Shown: piece after piece, positions 25,369 through 39,262 of the stretch
Numbering within the stretch: the stretch's first letter is position 1
Layout: every line of letters starts with the position of its first letter
From: Eledone cirrhosa
Taxonomy: Eukaryota
Direction: 5' to 3'
NCBI GenBank assembly: GCA_964016885.1
Contig: OZ024741.1
Location: forward strand, 343,418,001 to 343,482,000
DNA length: 64,000 bases
Notes under the pieces: model-generated
Seen by the model: the letters and a program-made list of their open reading frames with translations, nothing else
What the model was told of the DNA's origin: nothing
Databases searched by the model: none
Translations under genes and position numbers: made by a program

Positions 25369-28182
25369 GAACGAGATTGGTCTATTTAAATTAGATGAAC
25401 AAAAATTGGCCGGGCAGGCTCGGGTAATAAGAACTAATGGTGGATAAGCGAGCTGGAACTGGAGGAACTGAGCAGAGAGATTAGGTTGGAAATGGAGAGT
25501 GGAGTATGCCAGGCAAACGAGCCAGTGGGAAATGAAGGTGAAGAGGTTGAGAGAACGGAGGAAGCATCCGAAGCAGACAATGATCTGAATGCTGAAATAA
25601 ATAATACCTGGAACAAAGATACGGCCATTGAGGAGATGAATGCTTACGGGCTAGGACAAGATTTGGTTGATATCCTAAACTTAGTGGTAGATGAAATGAA
25701 CAATGATAGTGGGAAACCTATGAACCTAAGATTTGTAGACAGGGAAAAGTTAAAAGAAACAAAGTCATCCCATACCGTGAGGCGAGGAGCCTTCACCAGT
25801 TCAACAATATCCTCAAAGCAACAGTAAATGCGGTGAGGAAATTACTTGGCATAAAAACGAGAGGAAACAACAAACAAGAAAGATCAGAACCTTGGTGGAA
25901 GAAACGACTGAATGAAATCAGGGAAATGAGAAATGACATTGGAAAGCTTGAGTCCCTACTGAATGGGACACTAAAAAACATAGACACTAAAAATAGACTG
26001 GAAATAAAGTACAAAACTAGGAGGAAAAAGCTAAATATTATCATAGAGGAACTGAAGCAACGCATTGTAGCAAAGATTAGGCGATATGAGAGCAGAGTCA
26101 GTCAGTATAGACAGAACCGCATGTTTGACAACAACCAGAAGATGTTGTTTGGACAGCTTGAAGGGAAAGAAAGAGGCAACGACTTGATCCCTGAGGCGGA
26201 ACAGACTAAAACATTCTGGAGAGGAATATGGGAGCAGGATATTAAACATAAAGACTAGGTAGTGTGGATTGAGACAGTACAAAAGGAGATTAGTGAACAG
26301 GCACACCAACAAACTGATTTGAGTATCACAGTTGAAACTCTTAAGGGGCAGACCAAAGAACTAACCAACTGGAAATCACCAGACCTAGCGGTGTGCAGGG
26401 GTATTGGATTAAAAATATAACATCCATCCACCCGAAACTGACAACCATGTTCAATGACTGCTTGAAGTCAGGTGAGGTACCAGAGTGGTTGACACAAGGT
26501 ACCACAGTTCTGGTAATGAAAGACCGAAATAAGGGTAGTGATGTTAACAACTATAGACCTATCACATGTCTGTCCGTGCCCTGATGCCCCTGACCATTAT
26601 ACTGCGAAAAGTGAGAGCAGGATACAAGTTGGGAAAGGTAGAGCTTACCATCAATCACCTCCTCTTCATGGACGATCTTAAGCTCTTCGGGAAGAGTGAG
26701 AAGGAGTTGGATGTGCTTGTTAACACTGTCCGTATTTTCAGCAATTATATATGATGCAATTTGGTATTAGTAAGTGTGGAGTCCTTGTGATGAAGAGGGG
26801 TAAACTGAGCAGAAGCAACGGAATCCAGGTACCAACAGGGGAGATGATAAAGGAAATTGACACTGAAGAAGGATACAAGTATTTGGGTATTCTGGAGGCT
26901 GATGACATCAAGAACAAAAAAATGAAGGAATTGATAAGATCTGAATACATTCGGAGAGTAAGGAGCGTATTAAAATCACATCTGAACAGTAGGAATGCCA
27001 TAAGTGCAGTAAATTCCCGAGCTGTGTCTATTATTAGGTACAGTGCGGGAATTCTGAGATGGAATGTTGCTGAACAAAAAGAAATGGATAGGAAGACTAG
27101 AAAGCTATTGACTATCTACAACATGTTACACAAGAGGAGTGATGTCGATAGACCCTACTTAAGGAGATCTGAAGGTGGAAGAGGTCTTATCAGCATAGAG
27201 GACTGTGTTCAGATGGAGAAAAACAATCTACACAAATACGTGACCGATAGTAAGGAGCCAATGCTCAGAATTGTACTGACGTAGATGACAATAGACCAGG
27301 GGATGCCCAAGGAGGAAATAATAACAAGGAGAAAGTGCAACCTTCATGAAAAATCCCTTCATAGTACCTTCTTTGAGAAAACGGAATTCAGAGATCAACA
27401 GACATGGAACTGGTTGAGAAGAGGAGACCTTAAAAAGGCTACAGAAGGAATGCTAATGGCTGCGCAAGAGGAGGCGCTCAAAACGAAGAGGCTGAAACAC
27501 CATATTTACAAGGCGGAGGCTAGCCCGCTGTGCAGGATCTGTGGGGAGAGAGAGAGGAGACTGTGGCTCACATTGTATCCGAGTGTAAACACCTAGCCCA
27601 GACTCACTATAAAGGCTGGAGACATGATGTGATGGACAGGGTGATCCACTGGCACCTATGCAAAGTAAACAATTTACCACATTCTGAGAAGTGGTATGAG
27701 CATAAGCCAGAGTCGGTGATAGAAAACGATCAGGTGAAGGTGCTATGGGATTTTAGGATACAGACGGACAAGAAACTGGAACACAATAGACCTGACCTGG
27801 TGGTTTGGGACAAGGAACAAATATCGTGCCTGATTGTGTATGTGGCCTGCCCATTCGACACGAGAGTGCAAGAGAAGGAGACGGAGAAAATTAACCGATA
27901 CCAGCACTTAAAGTGGGAGGTAAAAAGGATTTGGAACTGCCATGAAGTCAAAGTGGTCCCGACTGTCATAGGCGCACTAGGTACTATCTCAAAAAGTTTC
28001 CAGGGATAGTTAAAGAAAATTGGCCCCGCCCCGCTTTTTGGAACACTTCAAAAGGCATGCTTTCTGGGAACAGCAAGAACCCTCCGATACGTCCTGAATA
28101 TCTGAGGCCGCAGGTAGTGGCTTGATATTCATTTCAACAAACTTTCCAGTTAACTAACATCAATGACTGAGACTCAAAGAAC
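25369..28182 (+). mobile_element. R4/Dong-type RLE non-LTR retrotransposon F (5'-truncated, RT core deleted near 26580, many stops)
   Basis: NYRPITCLS, HLLFMDDLKLF, YKYLG, GGRGL (RT/thumb); CRICG..ETVAHIVSEC, RHD, RPDLVV, KE.EKI.RY, IGALG (CCHC + restriction-like endonuclease); ends in (AAT)n. Confidence 0.85.
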
Positions 28183-28215
28183 AATAATAATAATAATAAT
28201 ATTATTTGTTTCTAC

Positions 28216-31200
28216 GTTTCTTTATTAACCACAAGGAGTTACATAGAGTAGACATTAAGGATAGTACAGGACAATACAGGACGGTACAAATGGGCATTTC
28301 TGCGTGTAAAAAACAAAAACTGCGGATGTAACAAAAAATAACAATGAGAAATTCCCCTATAGGGGGCAGACTTCCGAGGAGAAAGCCCATTAAAAAGCCA
28401 CAGTGACCCTGACCACCAGGGCAAGTGCCCTCTCCAGTTTTCCACCTTTAATTTACAGACACATACTCAGAGTAGGCCCATTCACTCGGGCCATTCTCGC
28501 TTCTCTCACCCATCTTTCAACAAGATGCTGGGAAGAGAGCACTTATCTCTCTACCCTGATTTTCCTTTTCAAATAAAATTTGAAAAAGTTAATCAGGGCA
28601 TCACCGAAGAGATAAGTGCTCGTCTTCAGCCCTTTCAAACGTGTCCACCATACTATCTCTTTCGCCATGGTTACCAGACAGAAAAAAAACTGCCTGCCCT
28701 TCCCGGCTAAAAGAAGAGGGCGGGGCAATCTTCACGATGGACTCAGCTGATAGCCGGATCCGTCCTACACACGACAGCAAGTGTTCGGACAATGGACGAG
28801 TGCGATCAGGACGGTTTCGTCGCCCTGCGCGCATCTCGGACATGCACGACTGACGGCACCTCCATGCCTGTAGAGTTTATCCCGAACTGGCAAAGCTCCT
28901 CGGTAGCACTGCCAGGCCAGAGATTTCTGGAAGTTGTCCATAGGACCCGGCCCGAAAGTTTTTCCGAAGAATTTGGCTAGTTGATTTTCGTCGACGCCTA
29001 GAGTTTCCCCAAGTACGTCGTTGCTCATCCCCTCCACTAATCCTCTATAGAACGCCAAGGTGGAGTTTCCACCGATCACATTGCCCGATTGGTCGAGGGC
29101 TGTGAGCACCTGAAGACATTCCAGTCTCCAAGCGCTCCCTCTCGGTCTTCGCTTGACCCAGGACTGCAGCTCCGTCAAGGAGACGAGCTGGGGAAAGATG
29201 CGTCTAGCAAACGGCGACCACACTTGATCACCGTCGGGGAAGAGGTGGAGATGTCGTAGCCTGAGCACGTGTCTGCGCACCATCAGCCACGGCATGCCCA
29301 GCCCTCCACGTAGCGGGTGTTAACAGCAGATGGACCGCCTGACCATCGGAGCGCGTCCCTTCCACAAAAAGCGAAAGAGCAAACGCTCCAACGCAGTCAG
29401 GCGGGACTTAGGACAAGGTACGACCGTCAGGCGGTAGTAGATGGCGGACGCGATGTACGCGTTAGCCACCTCCGCTCGACTTTTCAGGGATAGCTTCCTC
29501 TCCCCCCATTTCTGGGTGAGAGAAGCCACCCTGTTCGTCACCTCGTCCCAGTTTTTGTCCGTCTGGAGGTCCGGACTGAACCAGACCCCTAGCAATTTAA
29601 CCGGACCGTCCGTCCAGTGCCCGACGACGCTATTGGACGGCATGAACCTGCCTCTCCAGGTGCCGAGCTGCAGGCCCACAGACTTTTCTTGGTTGATCAT
29701 TGCTCCTGTCACCGCTTCGTATTCTCTTAGTGTAGTGCCTATCGACTCGATGTGTTTGGCGTTCGACACCACTATGGTGACATCGTCCGCATATGCTGAC
29801 ACGGATCTTCCGCATCCTAGTTCGCGCGGGACGCCCCTCAACGTCTCCAGTTTGTGCAGTAATGGCTCGAGAGTCAATACGTACAAGAGGGACGAGAGGG
29901 TACATCCTTGGCGGACCGAGCGCGTGCTCTGACAACTCAGCCTTCGTCCTTTGCATTGAAGAATTGGTCAAGGGCCAACTTCGCCGCAAGTACGTCGGTC
30001 GCGATGCCTTTGCTAAGCGCCTCGTCTAATTTTCTAACTAGTTCTCCCTCTACTCTATTTTTCTTTATTGCTAAAGCTTTACTAAAGCTAATGGACTCTA
30101 TTCTAATTGCTCTTTTCAGAGCAAACCACCACTTGTTGTTGACGCTGGCCCCCGTCAACGCCCGCTTATCTAGTTCGCATATCCGGTCTCTGTAGGCCTT
30201 GCGCGCTGGTAAGGACGTGTTTAGCTTGCAGTAGCCGGGTCCTCGTCTATGAAGCCTATCTAAGTCAAGCACACAGATCACAAATTTGTGGTCCGTGTAG
30301 CTGACTATCTTGAATTGTGGACAGCCTATGCTAGACCTATCTATTTCCCTACAAAATACTCTATCTAGATATGATTTGGATGACCCTACGCGGTTTGTCC
30401 AAGTCCACATCGGCACATTCGGGAAATCCAATCGGTACCTGTAAGACAGATCAAAACGCCTGAGCAGGTTAGTGAGGCTCTTGCACCCTCCACCCCTATC
30501 CGCTAATCCCACACAGTCCCAGCGTGCATCTAAGATCCCGTTCCAGTCGCCCACTAACACTAAAGAGCGGGACGTTCCTAGAAAGGTCTCCAGACGCCGG
30601 AAGAAATCAAGCCGCCCTGCTCCTGTCGGGGCATAGACGGCCACTAGCCTGAAAGCTTGCCCGTCTCCGCTGGTCACGTCAAGCACCACAAACTTACCTT
30701 CTGGGTCCAGGAAGATGGCCCGTATGGCGAGATCCAAACCTCTCCGAAAAAGCACAGCAACTCCTCCCTCCGATCAAGGACGGCTGGGAGATGCGTACAC
30801 ATCGTAGCCGCCGAAGATTGGTGCGAAGGCCCGTGCTTCGGAGATTCTGGTCTCGCTGATGGCCACTACATCTATGTTTAGTGACCTGAGGTTGTTGAGC
30901 AGGTTGCCCTGCTTCCATGACGACCCCAAGCCACGCGCATTTATGCTGCCTATTCTGAGTGAGGTCATGTTGAAATGGAGTGGAAAAGATGGGAAAGACC
31001 ACTGACCTTACTTCTCGTAGAGGAAGGATGGTTTCTCCATCACTTTTCACTTGATCGTCTGGTGAAGGGACAGTTGAATCGTCCCTTCGGCTGGTCATCG
31101 GCTCTTCTGTGAGTATATCCGAATATACTCTCCGGTGAGTGTCCCTACTAGGTCTCCGAAATCACCAACCGCGTTGGGGAATTTCGTTTTAATGTTTGTG

Positions 31201-33309
31201 TATTGTTTCTGTGCTATTCTAACCAGTCTTATGTTCGTTGGTGTTTTGATTGGTGCTGGTTTTGTGTAGTCGTGCTGTGAAATGTCTGTGTGTTCAATTA
31301 TGTAAGTCATTAGTTTCTTGTTGTGTGTATTTATTGTTGTGCATTTGTTTTTCTGGGGGTGTGGTTTTGCAATTTTCTTGTCGTTGTTGCAGGGTGTGTG
31401 TGATTCGTTGTCGTGTTTGTGATGTTGGTGCGGTGGTGTTGAAGGTGTTGTTGTTGTTTGCGGTGGGGTTGCCGCCGGTGGTGATGGTGGTGCTAGTGTG
31501 GGTGGTGATGGTGTTGGTTGTGTTGCTGCTGTAAGTCTCTTTGCAGTAGCCTTTACCCTTTTTTCATTTCTTTCCTCCCTTTTCGAAGACGACGATGCGC
31601 TGCTTCTGCGTTTGTGCCTTCTTGCGACCTTTTGCCATCCCTCTCCCACCTCACACCCCACGTCCGATTCTGTGAGGTCGGGGAGGGGTACCAGCTCCAC
31701 TCTTTCACTTGTTGTTGTTGGTGATGTTTGCAGTGGAGTCTCTGTTGCAGCTGCAGTTTGTATTGCTGTTGTTGTTGTTAATACTTCCACTGCTGCAGCT
31801 GTTCTTGATTTCCGTGGCGTGGGTATGGGTGCCACGGACCTATCCTTCCTGGTTGCCGCCTGTCCTGTTGCTGGTAGCAGTGGAGCCGGTTTCGGGAGGA
31901 GGGGGTGTTTTCTCCTTTCTCAGGGTCTTCTAATTGCAGAAGGCCCTGAGGGGAGTCTTCGATCCACAGCGAATGCATTTCTGGCGTTTGCCCTCAACAC
32001 TTATGGGCAGTTGAGGGCCGTTATCGAAGTATCACATCCGGACTAGCTTCGATGCACTCCTGGTTGGTTTGGATTAACATTTCAATGGAGGTGCCGACCC
32101 AATCTTGTCGTACTTTTTTCTGTACTTGTAGTACAGTTGTTTTGTCCTCGATTCCGACGAGGACAGACGCGGCCAGCCAAGAAGGGACCATCCCGGCGGG
32201 GACGTGGGTAAGTTTGACCCTCACAATTTTTTGTCCGCAGTAAGAGGGCACCAACACCATTTCCTCGCTCCTTAGGATCACTAAGGATTGAGCCTTTGCC
32301 TCCTGGGGTGTGGCATATTTCTTGCCTCGGGTGATATGCGTTTTCCGCTGCCACACAAACCCTAAGGCTTTTTGTATTTGAGCCTCTTTGGCTCTTTCAA
32401 CCCTACGGGATTATGTGCTTACTGTACGGTACGTGACCGTACAGTGCTGTTGGGTTTCGAAAAATTTTTCGGCTGCCTTGCAGATTGCTCGGTGTTCGGT
32501 TTTCGTCACCGTCTTCTTTGCTTCCTGTAATTCCTCATTTGTTATAAGGATGGTTTCCAGGTTCTTTCCGATACCTGCAAACGAGATTGTTTTTTCTTTC
32601 TTGTGGTTGATGTTGTCGTCATAGCTGCTGTTACTTTTGTTGTTGCTGCTGGTTTATGAATGCCGCCGCCGCTGTTGCTGTGGTTGTTGTTGTTGTTGCT
32701 GTTGCTGCTGTTGTTGTTGCTGTTACTGCTGCTGCTGCTGCTGTTGTTGTTTATGCTGCTGCTGATGCTGTTGCGGCTGCTACTATTGTTTTCCTTGTCA
32801 CTGTTGCTGCTGTCATTACGGCTGCTACTGCTATTATTCATAACGTCAGACGAATGAAAAGGCTTTCCGTATTTACCGCACACATTTTTCGTTGTTGTCG
32901 TCGTCGTGGAGAAATGTTCCACGATATGCCCGTGCTCTTGGAAACTATCAGAAAATATATTTTTCTTTTTCTTTACTGGCGTCGCTTGCGAAAGAGAAGG
33001 GAGGGAGAGAGACAATCTTCTCTCAAATGTAGTGACGATTGAGGAAGAAGACGGAATGAGTGGGAGTGACTTGTGAAAATTCTTTTTTGTAGTCATGTTT
33101 TTTGGGGTTTAAAATGAATATTGGGTACAAAACCCCAATAAGCGGTTATTTAACCCCGAAGGGCCAAATAACGGACAGAAAGACCCCTCGACGAGGAGGA
33201 GGGTGTTTTTATCTACAATTTGGTTAAAGTTTTAAACAATTTCCAATTGTTATAGCGGTTAAAAATTACTATACTTTACAGAGCCGAGACTCCGTCAACC
33301 ATGGCATTC
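28216..33309 (-). mobile_element. Tx1-clade retrotransposon C associated with (ATT)n; degraded, ~0.9-kb ORF2 deletion near 29925
   Basis: ORF1 pieces ~33096-31003; ORF2 pieces 30968-28453 (SINARG, GDWNG, YTDHK, YADD); 3'UTR AATAAA; 5' flank is (ATT)n. Confidence 0.9.

Positions 33310-33360
<51 letters not shown>
33310..33360. repeat. (AAT)n spacer between Tx1 C and D
   Basis: Perfect AAT run joining the 3' end of D to the 5' end of C. Confidence 0.95.
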
Positions 33361-33361
<1 letters not shown>

Positions 33362-33604
33362 TTTTCTTTATTAACCACAAGGGTTTACATAAAGTAGACA
33401 TTAAGGACAGTACAGGACAATACAGGACGGTACAAATGGGCATTTCTGCGTGTAAAAAAAACAGAGGATGAAATAAAATAACAAAGAAAAATTCCCCAAT
33501 AGGGGGGAGACTTCCGAGGGACATTTGTGAAGAAAGCCCATTAAAAGACCACAGTGGCCCTGACCACCAGGGCAAGTGCCCTCTCCCAGTTTTCCACCTT
33601 TAAT

Positions 33605-36600
33605 TTACAGACACATACTCAGAGAAGGCCCATTCATTCGGGCCATACTTGCTTCTCTCACCCATCTTTCAACAAAATGCTGGGAAGAGAGCACTTCCCT
33701 CTCTACCCTGATTTTCCTTTTCAGATGAAATTGGAAAAAGTTAATCAGGGCATCACCGAAGAGGTAAGTGCTCGTCTTCAGCCCTTTCAAACGTGTCCAC
33801 CATACTATCTCTTTCGCCATGGCCACCAGACAAATAAAAACTGCCTGCCCTTCCCGGCTAAAGGAAGAGGGCGGGGCAATCCTCACGATGGACTCAGCTG
33901 ATAGCTGGATCCGTCCTACACGTGACAGCAGGTGTTCGACATAAACCCACAAGTCAGCAAAGCTCGGACACTGGACGAGTGCGTGCAGGACGGTTTCGTC
34001 GCCCTGTGCCAATCTCGGACATGCCCGGCTGACGGCACCTCCATACCTGTAAAGTTTATCCCGAACTGGCAAAGCACCCCGGTAGCACTGCCAGGCCAGG
34101 GATTTCTGGAAGTTGTCCATAGGTCCCGGCCCGAAAGTCCTTCCGAAGAGATTGGCTAGTTGATTTTCGTCGACGCCTAGAGTTTCTCCAAGTACGTCGT
34201 CGCTCTTCCCCTCCACTAATCCCCTATAGAACGCCAAGGTGGAGTTTCCACCGATCACATTGCCCGATTGGTCGAGGGCTGTGAGCGCCTGAAGACATTC
34301 CAGTCTCCAAGCGCTCCCTCTCGGTCTTCGCTTGACCCAGGACTGCAGCCCCGTCAAGGAGACGAGCTGAGGAAAAACGCGTCTAGCAAACGGCGACCAC
34401 ACCTGATCACCGTCGAGGAAGAGGTGGAGATGTCGTAGCCTGAGCGCGTGTCTGCGCATCATCAGTCACGGCATGCCCAGCCCTCCACGTAGCGGGTGTT
34501 GACAGCAGATGGACCGCCTGACCATCGGAGCGCGTCCCTTCCACAAGAAGCGAAAGAGCAAACGCTCCAGCGCAGTCAGGCGGGGCTTAGGACAAGGTAC
34601 GACGGTCAGGCGGTAGTAGATGACGGATGCGATGTACGCATTCGCCACCTCCGCTCGATCTTTCAGGGATAGCTTCCTCTCGGCCCATTTCTGGGTGAGA
34701 GAAGCCACCCTGCTCGTCACCTCGTCCCAGTTTTTGTCCGTCTGGAGGTCTGGACCGAACCAGACACCTAGCAATTTAACCGGTCTGTCCGACCAGCGCC
34801 CGACGACGCTGTTGGACGGCATGGACCTGCCTCTCCAGGTGCCGAGCTGCAGGCCCACTGACTTTTCCTGGTTGATCATTGCTCCTGTCACCGCTTCGTA
34901 TTCTCTTAGTGTAGTGCCGATCGCCTCGATGTGTTTGGCGTCCGACACCACTACGGTGACATCGTCGGCATATGCTGACACGGATCTTCCGCATCCTAGT
35001 TCGCGCGGGACCCCCCTCAACGTCTCCAGTTTGTGCAGTAATGGCTCGAGAGTCAATACGTACAATAGGGACGAGAGGGTACATCCTTGGCGGACCGAGC
35101 GCATGATGTTGAACGGTTCCGAAAGGTGACCATTCACTCTCACTACAGAGCAGATGTCGCTGTGCATGGCAGCGATCCAGCCTCTGAAGACGGGCCCAAA
35201 GCCAGCCGCCCTCAGGACTGCCGCTAGGTAACGATGGTCGACCCTATCGAAGGCTTTCGTCTGATCTAAATTGATCAAAGACCCACCCGTGCCAGGTTCC
35301 CTAGCTACCCTCTCTACGATGTATCGCATGAGGTGGAGGTTGTCGTGGATGGATCTGTCGGGAATGGCGCATGTCTGTGCCTCTCCCACCAGACTACCAA
35401 CGACAACCGCCAACCTCTTTGCTAGCACCTTGGCCAAAATCTTGAACTCTGTGTTTAGCAGAGTTATGGGCCTAAAATTATCTATGTTATCCCCCTTGTT
35501 CGGATCTTTTCTCAGCAGCGCCACCGCTCCTCGGCTCACAGAGCTGGGAATTCTCCCGTTCTGTTGCCAGTTGCAGTAGACGTCCGCCAAGAGTCCTCCG
35601 AACAAGTTTGGCATTTGTACGTAAAGTTCATAGGGCAGACCATCCAAACCAGGCGATTTACCCCTTGTGCAACCAATCATTGCATCCCGTACTTCAGCGG
35701 TTGTTATCGGCTTTTCGCAACACTCCGCCTCAGTGGCCGAAAGCCGCGGCAGTCCGTCGAGGTAGACACTAAAGTCCATCCCTCGATCCTCCCGCCACTG
35801 CCCCCGAACAGTTGAGCGAAGTGTCGCTGAAAAGCTTCACACATTTGCCCAGGATCGAGTAGCATGCGCCCGTCGTGGTCCACCAAAGACCGGATCCTGG
35901 CTTTGTTGCCACGACGCGCCTCCGCCACTCGGGCCCATTGAACGGCTTTCGTCCCCTCGTGTCTGAGAGCACGCACCCTAGCTCTGACAACGCAGCCTTC
36001 GTGCTTTGCATTGAAGAATTGGTCAAGGGCCAATTTTGCCGCAAGTAATTCGGTCGCGATGCCTTTGCTAAGCGCCTCATCTAATTTTCTAACTAATTCT
36101 CCCTCTGCTCTATTTTTCTCTATTGCTAAAGTCTTACTAAACCTAATGGACTCTATTCTAATTGCTCTTTTCAGAGCAAACCACCACTTGTTGTTGACGA
36201 TGGCCCCCGTCAACGCCCGCTTAATTAGTTAGCTAATCCGGTCTCTGTAGGCCTTGCGCGCTGGTAAGGACGCGTTTAGCTTCCAGTAGCCGGGTCCTCG
36301 TCTATGAAGCCTATCTAAGTCAAGCACACAGATCACGAATTTGTGGTCCGTGTAGCTGACTATCTTGAATTGTGGACAGCCTATGCTAGACCTATCTATT
36401 TCCCTACAAAATACTCTATCTAGATATGATCTGGATGACCCTATGCGATTTGTCCAAGTCCACATTGGTACATTCGGGAAATCCATTCGGTACCTGTCAG
36501 ACAGTTCAAAACGTCTGAGCAGGTTGGTGAGACTCTTGCACCCTCCTTCCCTATCCACTAATCCGACACAATCCCAGCGTGCATCTAAGATCCCGTTCCA

Positions 36601-37021
36601 GTCGCCCACTAACACTAAAAAGCGGGACGTTCCAAGAAAGGTCTCCAGACGCCGGAAGAAATCAGGCCGCCCTGCTCCTGTCGGGGCATAGACGGCCACT
36701 AACCTGAAAGCTTGCCCGTCTCCGCTGGTCACGTCCAGCACCACCAACTTACCTTCTGGGTCCAGGAAGATGGCCCGTATGGCGAGATCCAAACCTCTCC
36801 GAAAAAGCACAACTCCTCCCCCCCGATCCCGGACGGCTGGGAGATGCGTACACATCGTAGCCGCCGAAGATCGGTGCGAAAGCCTGTGCTTCGGAGATTC
36901 TGGTCTCGCTGATGGCCACTACATCTATGTTTAGTGACCTGAGGTCGTTGAGCAGGTGGCCCTGCTTCCATGACGACCCCAAGCCACGCGCATTTATGCT
37001 GCCTATTCTGAGTGAGGTCAT
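33605..37021 (-). pseudogene. Tx1 D ORF2 (APE-RT), broken by a few frameshifts/stops
   Basis: Consecutive ORFs 36749-37021, 36229-36855, 35704-36213, 34466-35779 and 33605-34462 are colinear with B ORF2. Confidence 0.9.
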
Positions 37022-37055
37022 GTTAAAAAGGAGTGGAAAAGATGGGAAAGACCAC

Positions 37056-39031
37056 TTACCTTACTTCTCGTAGGGGAAGGACGGTTTTTCCATCCTTTTC
37101 ACTGCTTGTGGCCTCCTCAGGAAGGATGTCCTTATAAATCCTCCTGGAGATTGCTTGTCGGAAGTCTCCGATGTCTTTGGGGAATTTTTGTTTTAGTGTC
37201 ATGTACGTTTTCTGTGTGATGCGAGTGATTTGTATGTGTGGAGGTGGTGTGAATTTTGGGGTTGTTGTGTAGTCTTTTTCTGTGATGCTGGTGTTGTGTT
37301 GGATGTAGTGTAATAATTGCTTGTTGTTCAAATTTAATGCTGTGTAGTGTGTATCGTTTTGGTTGTTTTGTTTTGTTTGCGTTTGTTGTGGGTTTGTTTC
37401 TGTTTTGCATTTTGGTGACTTTTGTGGTGTAGGTGATGGTGGTGTTGGGGTTAATGATGGTGATGGTGTTGGTGTTTGGGTTGATGGGGTTGGTGGCATA
37501 TCTGTCCTAACTTTTTTGTTTCTTAATTTATTTGTTTCCCTCTGTATTTTGTTTTTGGAGGGGGAAGGAAGAGAATTTTTTCTTTTTTGGTTTCTTTTTT
37601 TTTCCGGATATTGTTTCCCACTCCTCGTCGTCACAATCTGTTTCCAGTTGTGATAGGCCGGGGAGTGGAAAATCCTCCACAGCCGTTAGTTTTGGTTGTG
37701 GCGTGGTGGATGGTGTAGGCGCTCGTGCTAGTTCTGAAGCGTTGGGTGGTGGTGGTGTTGGTTTTGCTGGTGGTGGTGGTGGTGTTGGTTTTGCTACTGT
37801 TGCTGGGGTTGTTGCTGTTATAGTTGCTTCTGTTGTTGCTGCTACAGTTGTTGCTGCCATCTCTGCTACTGGTGGTGTTGATGGTTGTGTCACTGGGGTG
37901 GGTAGGAGAGGTGGCCTCAACCTTTTAGCCTGAGGGCAGAAAGCCCTTAGGTGGGTTCCTTCACCACAAACGACACACCTAGGTCTTCTGCCCTCGACAA
38001 TTACCGTGAGGTGGCTGCCGTCAGTGAGGTCTATTACCTCTGGGATCTCCTCAATGCTTTTTTGGTCCGCTTGGATCAGGAGCTCCATCCCAGATCCGGA
38101 CCAGTTCTCCTGCTTTTCTTTTGATATTGCTATTATTTTCGTGTTGGCTTCGATGCCGGCGAGGACGGCCGCTATTAGCCAGGGAATTTCGATGGCCGGT
38201 GGAACGTGGGTCACCCTGATCTTTACGAGTCTCTGGCCACAATAGCTTGGGACGAGTGTGAAGTCGTCACTTTTTAATGGGGCCATGGAGTGTTCTCTAG
38301 CCTCCTCTGGTGTTTCAAAGAACACGTCCACGGTTCCATACTTTTGCCCACGTCTGATGTGGGTTTTTCTTGCCCACACATGTCCCAAAGCTTTTTGGAT
38401 TTGGGACTCGGATGCCCGTTCCACTCGGCGCGATTTTACATTTATTGTTCTATACGACACGGTGCATAGGCGCCGATGCTCCATTTTATTAGGTGGAGGG
38501 GGTGAGGCTGACCCTGTACCCATCTTTCTTTACCATTTGTTTGGCATTTTCTAAATCCTCCTGAGTTACCGTAAATGCTTCGAACTGTTTTGCTATTCTG
38601 GCGAAACTGAGGGTCGGTTTTATAATGTTGTTGTTGTTGTTGTTGCTATCGTTATTTGTGTTAATATTAATTTTAGTTTCAGTTGTGGTGGTGGTGACGT
38701 CAGTCGTCTTTGGTGGGGAAGAGTCCATTTTGCTTGATTTCATTTCGACATCACGAGTTAATTTACTTTTTTCTTCTTTTGTTTCTGTTGTCGCGGTGGT
38801 GGTGGTGGTGGTGGTTGTCGCGGTGGTGGTGGTGGTGGAGGCTTTAACACCTGCAGTCATTGGTAATGGCGGGAAATGAATGTCTGCCTGAGACAAATTT
38901 AAAATATTGCTAGTGCTTATATTTTTTTTTGTGTTAGCAAACGTAGTAACATTTACAATGGTGGTGTCGGTGTGAGGTGTTAATTTGTGAGGAAGGCTTT
39001 CAGCTGCTTCGTACAGTGGTGAATTAGCCAT
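37056..39031 (-). pseudogene. Tx1 D ORF1 with CCHC knuckle, two frameshifts
   Basis: VEGRRPRCVVCGEGTHLRAFC; VPSYCGQ is homologous to YPSYMGK in B ORF1. Confidence 0.8.
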
Positions 39032-39262
39032 CTTTTTCAAAGAAATTTCTTGATAATAATAAAAGGTTAAATTTGGGGCACAAGGCCCCAATCTTTTTGG
39101 GTGTCCTTTTCGGAAAACAATGTATGTGCGATTATAAACAGTTAACAATAAAATTTTCCATAAATGACAATTTTTAACAAACGGAAATAACAAACCTTTG
39201 CGGAGCTCACGATGATACGATTTACTACGTAGGTCGCCAATAATAATAATAATAATAATAAT

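Larger units (their letters stand above)
33361..39238 (-). mobile_element. Full-length Tx1-clade retrotransposon D in (ATT)n, frameshifted
   Basis: 5'UTR, ORF1 and ORF2 pieces and 3'UTR present; (ATT)n on both sides. Confidence 0.92.

Noticed and set aside
32640-32840. Poly-L/poly-A ORFs on the plus strand
   Set aside because: Antisense reading of the (CAG/CAA)n low-complexity part of Tx1 C ORF1.
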